This document shows, piece by piece, positions 60,801-64,000 of a stretch of DNA of 64,000 bases. The position numbers and the translations under genes were made by a program. This stretch comes from a virus, in IMG/VR virus record IMGVR_UViG_3300027733_000001. One strand, written 5' to 3'. The number at the start of each line of letters is the position of its first letter. Position 1 is the stretch's first letter. Under the pieces are notes generated by a model that saw only the letters and a program-made list of their open reading frames with translations, ran no database searches and had not been told where the DNA came from.

Positions 60801-61754
60801 AGTCCATTGGTTTGTGCCGGTATTAGTCGCCAGCCAAGCTGCTGCAGCTGCATCTTGCGCAGCCGTCTGACTAGTGTACCAGCTTGTGCCGTAGGCCCAC
60901 TTATTGTTGTTGGTTCCTCCTCCAGTAAATTGATTTATCCCTGTGTTTGCTGCTAGCCAAGCCACAGAATACGCATCTAACGCCAGTGTTTCTGTCGCAT
61001 ACCAGACCTGATTATACGCCCACTGATTGTCGTGTGTTCCTCCTTCAGTAAATTGATGTATTCCTGTGTTTGATGCTAACCAAACAGCTGCATTAGCGTC
61101 GGCTTCTGAGTCATACCAAGTGGTACCATATGCCCATTGATTTGCATGAGTGCCACCATAGGGATTTTGATGCACATTTATGTTGGCCGCCAACCAAACA
61201 GCCGTAGCGGCGTCCCTGGCTGCGAGTTCTGATGAGTACCACGTTGCGTTATACGCCCACTTATTGTTGTTGGGTCCGCCGCCTGTCCATTGATTTACAC
61301 CCGTATTTGCTAATAGCCACCATTCTGTAATGGTTACTTCTCCGGCACTGTTAGTATCAATATCTCGCTCATACTCTCTGAATGACTTTGAAGCGGCTAC
61401 TGTAGGACCAGAGGACGTAGTATATAGTATCGAATTATTCACCAAAATTTCAACAGCCGCAAAATAGTTATTGTGTGGATATGGGTATGTCGAAACTGTG
61501 CCAGAAGTTCCAGAAACCGTAGCAGCTACCCAAGCAGTCCCGTTCCATTGAAGTAACTGTCCAGCTGTAGGTGTAATAGACGCGATTGGGTTGCCTCGTA
61601 GATAGTATGCATTCGCATTAGTGTTGGGATGCACGTGATCTTCTCGTGCATACTTGACAGAGGTTCCTACTGCAGCTGTTCCTGCCTCTGAAGGCGTCGC
61701 AGTACCTGCAGCATCAAGCATATATCCTGTTGGTTTATTTAGAGAGTTTGACAT
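57891..61754 (-). CDS. Fibre/adhesin-like protein with 27 Trp-rich repeats
   Basis: N-terminal phage fibre motifs (GTAAVGTSVKYAREDHVHP, PTAGQLLQWNGTAW) then tandem 38-49 aa repeats. Confidence 0.7.
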   Translation of the reverse strand: MSNSLNKPTGYMLDAAGTATPSEAGTAAVGTSVKYAREDHVHPNTNANAYYLRGNPIASITPTAGQLLQWNGTAWVAATVSGTSGTVSTYPYPHNNYFAAVEILVNNSILYTTSSGPTVAASKSFREYERDIDTNSAGEVTITEWWLLANTGVNQWTGGGPNNNKWAYNATWYSSELAARDAATAVWLAANINVHQNPYGGTHANQWAYGTTWYDSEADANAAVWLASNTGIHQFTEGGTHDNQWAYNQVWYATETLALDAYSVAWLAANTGINQFTGGGTNNNKWAYGTSWYTSQTAAQDAAAAAWLATNTGTNQWTGGGTHNNQYAYNNAWMSSDAEANAAEWLAANTGVHQYSGAGTHNGQWAYNNTWTASESNAYDYASLSWLASNTGVHKNIYSVGIYANRWAYNNEWYSPENDPNNGVPALWLMSNVGLNQWTGGGPDNNKWAFNSNFYNSYNFAADAAALDWLYNVNTGVHQWTGGGNYNNQWAIGNTGWYDSEANANNSASDYSNSWLSQNSGVNQNPWQGGSYAGLWAWDTHGWYNSQGTAAAEAWRAINTGTNQWTGGGDYNNKWAYDNYGWYNSAEEANNFAQDSWLNANVGVNQWTGGGSHSQEWAWGTHGWFQAAAMAVADAYSNWTQYNVGLNHFPYDPNNDMGYNATWAYNSIAYISELEARDAASEAWLTTNTGVHQNPYGGTNNNKWAWDNHGWFAEQADTLLAYNDYHAGLWLAANVGVNQWHGGGTNSEKWAWDNHGWFGYMWDAVYDRDINQEAAAASWLAANTGVNKFTGSGTHQNQWAFNQSWYDSQGAAQDAYADAWIGSNNGVNQFLGNGTYYTKWGYMHDWYNSWNDANAAAWLAANTGVHEWTGGGTHNNQYAYNHDWYNSLTDAQDAYSVAWLAANTGINQFTGGGTNNNKWAYNDNGWYASQAAATEAASAGATAFLDANTGIHQFTGGGIYGDKWAWDTHGWYDSEDAARNAASAAWLTTNSGVAQTPWAGSVAYAGANGWAWNNHGWYYYEGLAYDAASSAWLTSNTGVHQNPWTGGTYGSQWAWNNHGWYSTEEEANEAYWLAANTGVHQYSGAGTHNGKWAYSNQGWFENETDANNYRDDGLASVWKDTNLGINQWIGGGSYNNKWVWFNNGWYDTANDAADAYANSWINDAMGGVRQFPSSYGIHASQWAYNNNWMGSELEARDNAASDWLAGKNGYTIEKNPYGGTYTEQWAIGNTGWYGSEGLAYDSASSTWANNNSGVNQNPWTGGTYGSLWACGGTFYSSQEEAVAACGG
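57894..61319 (-). repeat. 27 tandem Trp/Tyr/Asn/Gly-rich coding repeats
   Basis: Consensus WLAANTGVNQWTGGGTxNNxWAY-x2-3-WYxSExxAxxAAxxA, counted by hand. Confidence 0.9.
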
Positions 61755-61767
61755 AACTATTTAATAT

Positions 61768-61796
61768 ATTCTAGCACACACCTATCTGGATGGAAA
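61768..61796 (-). promoter_or_regulatory. sigma70-type promoter of Trp-repeat gene
   Basis: TTTCCA-17-TAGAAT with TGn extension. Confidence 0.6.
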
Positions 61797-61814
61797 TGGA
61801 AAACTAGCCAGTCT

Positions 61815-64000
61815 CTAGACTACTGCAGGTAAACATAAGAACCGAAGCTCTTGAAGATTTTCTATTTTACGTCCCTTATATACTGCAGAATACGTTACCT
61901 CTTTTTCCTGATTAATTGTTGCAGAGATGATGTTTGTGGCGAGTACATGCTGCGAGTTATAGTCCGCTTTCATCTGTATGTATTTGACAGGATCCTGGAG
62001 ATAGTCCACAATTTCGTTCAATTTATGGTAATTTATTTTTTTACACCTAGCTGCAACATCCATAGGTAGTGGTTCAAGTTTAGCTAGATGTAGCTCAACA
62101 GTGTCCAGATCATCTAAAGACAGCTGAGTTAGTATTTTCTCATAGTTAGAAAGCCTACGTTTTTTGATGATGGACATGTTGCCAGTCATTCTTTTCCGTA
62201 AGTCTGTTTTATCTAGATGAAGAATTAATAAATTTGGTAGTGCCTTTACTCCGGGCACATCTTTACTATGGCAAAGATTTACTCCTGGACCACCAGCACT
62301 ATTGAATACATTTGCTTTGGAACTGACTACAACTTTACCGTGACGCACACACTCGCTTAGATTGTATGGATTTAATTTAAAATGCTTGAACTTCTCGATG
62401 CTCGGCTCAAACAGATCCTCTAATCTAGGTGAATTACTAAGCCACAAACCACTCAACGCAGAATTACCTTCGTGTTTCTGTAATACCTCCAAAAACGAGT
62501 TGAAGCTGAAGCTGTTTAGTGCTGGATCAAAATACGCTATAAATTCGTCGGTATCTAAAAAGCACAAGAACTTAGCGGTAGCTCGCACCAAGTCATAAAA
62601 ACTTTGATTGAGTTTGGTGTCGGGGAGTACAATGGGATTACCTTCGAAATTAAATAGTGTATATGGCTTGTCTTTGTACTTTTCATACACAGCCAGCGTA
62701 TATGGGCAGTCGCTACCATTATCTACAACCACTATATTATGCCAGCCGACCAAAGCTGCGTGATACTGTAACCAAGCATCAAGTAACGCACCTTCATTTT
62801 TTGTTTTGAGTATTATCTTGAGCAATGAACGCTCGTCTTTTGCTGCAGGTGTACTGTTCACTGTTCTCAACGCCTGCTGAATCGCAGCATCTATATTGCT
62901 GTATTCAATATTTTTTATTTTTGATACTTCTGCCAGTAGTCCACTTAACCTGTTCGTATGTACTCGATCATTTAATTTTGCAGATACAAAAGAATTGAAT
63001 ATCTTCGGAAACGGAGAACTAAAACCTCTCAACTTTGTAGTGGGAGACCTTCCGTCAATAGTGGCTTGAATGACATCAGTGTATAAGAAAGGTTGATCTT
63101 TTGGAGTACTGAGGTTGAGTAGATACTCGGCAGGATTTTTGTAATACTCTGAAATTTCTCGGTTGTTATGCTTCCAGTTCTCTTTGATAGATTCGTTCTT
63201 ATCAAAAAACTCTGCGATACTCCATTCAGGATTCTCGGACATGACGTGATTTATCTTACTTTTAATTCTATCTTCAATCTGTGTTTTATGGAGGTGTAAC
63301 ATCAATAGTTCCGGACAATAAGTAAGGTCGCGGCTGATGCTGTTGTGTGTACGCATACTGTTCTCCGTACTATTCAAGAAAATTGCTTTTCCTTTTACAA
63401 TATCCCACCAAGGGTTGGTTACAGAAAAGTCAGTTACATCCACTATATTCTCGTAGTCTTTCCCGTAGTAGTTATTGAATATCCAGCTTGTAGTCAGTGT
63501 GTGATTATTCTTATTCTGTTTTAAGAACGGCACTAATTTAGAGTTATCTATTACCTCTCTTTCATAGTCATAAAAACAAAGATACTCGTCGGTATCTAGA
63601 ATTGCATGGAATAGACTGCATTTTTGTATGTCTTCGTAAAAGTTTAAAAACCTGCGAGAGTTACACAAATGCTCGTGGAAGCCGTCGAACGGATATACAA
63701 GTACATTGTATTTTTTATAGATATCCTGCACCTTTTGACTAGTGCTGTTGTTGTCTATTACTATGATGTTATGGTTACCCACAAGAGCTATGTGGTACTG
63801 TAGCCAAGGCTCTAATAAAAACTCTTCGTCTTTTGTTTTGAGTACCAGTTTTAAAGCTGTGTGCTTATCTGGAGCATAAAAGCTACCTGTTCTTTTGCCT
63901 AGATAAGATAGCCAGTGCTTGTAAGCAGCTCTATCGTCGTTAAATTTTATGTTTAGGCTCTTGCTGTAAAAAACCGCATCAAACTCAGGGTCTACACAGT
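61815..64000 (-). CDS. Tandem GT-A (family 2-like) glycosyltransferase, 5-prime truncated by window
   Basis: Frame stays open to 63998; two domains (LKTKDE...WLQYH...IIVIDN...LDTDEY and LKTKNE...WLQYH...VVVDNGS...LDTDEF); upstream FDAVFY...HW..LG motif. Confidence 0.8.
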   Translation of the reverse strand, partial: CVDPEFDAVFYSKSLNIKFNDDRAAYKHWLSYLGKRTGSFYAPDKHTALKLVLKTKDEEFLLEPWLQYHIALVGNHNIIVIDNNSTSQKVQDIYKKYNVLVYPFDGFHEHLCNSRRFLNFYEDIQKCSLFHAILDTDEYLCFYDYEREVIDNSKLVPFLKQNKNNHTLTTSWIFNNYYGKDYENIVDVTDFSVTNPWWDIVKGKAIFLNSTENSMRTHNSISRDLTYCPELLMLHLHKTQIEDRIKSKINHVMSENPEWSIAEFFDKNESIKENWKHNNREISEYYKNPAEYLLNLSTPKDQPFLYTDVIQATIDGRSPTTKLRGFSSPFPKIFNSFVSAKLNDRVHTNRLSGLLAEVSKIKNIEYSNIDAAIQQALRTVNSTPAAKDERSLLKIILKTKNEGALLDAWLQYHAALVGWHNIVVVDNGSDCPYTLAVYEKYKDKPYTLFNFEGNPIVLPDTKLNQSFYDLVRATAKFLCFLDTDEFIAYFDPALNSFSFNSFLEVLQKHEGNSALSGLWLSNSPRLEDLFEPSIEKFKHFKLNPYNLSECVRHGKVVVSSKANVFNSAGGPGVNLCHSKDVPGVKALPNLLILHLDKTDLRKRMTGNMSIIKKRRLSNYEKILTQLSLDDLDTVELHLAKLEPLPMDVAARCKKINYHKLNEIVDYLQDPVKYIQMKADYNSQHVLATNIISATINQEKEVTYSAVYKGRKIENLQELRFLCLPAVV

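Noticed and set aside
58486-60977. Diversity-generating retroelement template/variable pair
   Set aside because: Matches are inside one gene, mismatches are not adenine-specific, and no reverse transcriptase is in the window
57894-61319. CRISPR array
   Set aside because: Repeats are degenerate, in-frame coding units with no constant repeat and unique spacer pattern; no cas genes
98-62598. Other short ORFs in the track that overlap called genes
   Set aside because: Antisense or off-frame to longer, coupled genes, with no independent support
63782-63782. GTG start of the glycosyltransferase given by the track
   Set aside because: The frame is open to the window edge and the start of the first GT domain lies upstream of it
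1-64000. Stop-codon reassignment
   Set aside because: Conserved genes are full length in code 11, and TAG, TGA and TAA each end genes at coupled junctions
1-64000. tRNA or rRNA genes
   Set aside because: Intergenic gaps are short and none shows a T-loop or cloverleaf signature; tRNAscan-SE would confirm

Overview
This 64 kb window is part of a large tailed dsDNA phage genome (Caudoviricetes, contractile-tail type, genetic code 11). Positions 1-34.4 kb form one leftward morphogenesis region: baseplate/tube-like genes, tape measure, tail chaperones with a -1 frameshift site, spike, tube, sheath, neck proteins, major capsid, decoration protein, scaffold-like proteins and an assemblin-fold prohead protease. 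Interspersed with these are many unknown proteins carrying a recurrent K-x-A motif. At about 34.5 kb the strand switches at a HUH (rolling-circle Rep-like) ORF. A rightward cluster of Gly/Ala-rich K-x-A proteins follows, then a SET-domain protein, fibre genes, and nucleotide/cofactor genes (dCMP deaminase, B12-dependent NrdJ, PduO, PhoH, Nudix). The window ends with a 27-unit Trp-rich repeat fibre and a tandem glycosyltransferase. A complete cellular-type RNA polymerase beta/beta-prime core is encoded in four scattered pieces, one of which is a betaC-beta-primeN fusion holding the active site. Structural and RNAP genes are preceded by sigma70-type promoters with 17-bp spacers. The two most striking systems are (i) the protease plus K-x-A tagged proteins, a candidate head-packaging and maturation code, and (ii) the four-part RNAP. 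All family assignments come from motif recognition by eye; no database search was run. Portal, large terminase, DNA polymerase, and RNAP alpha/sigma subunits were not recognised in the window.
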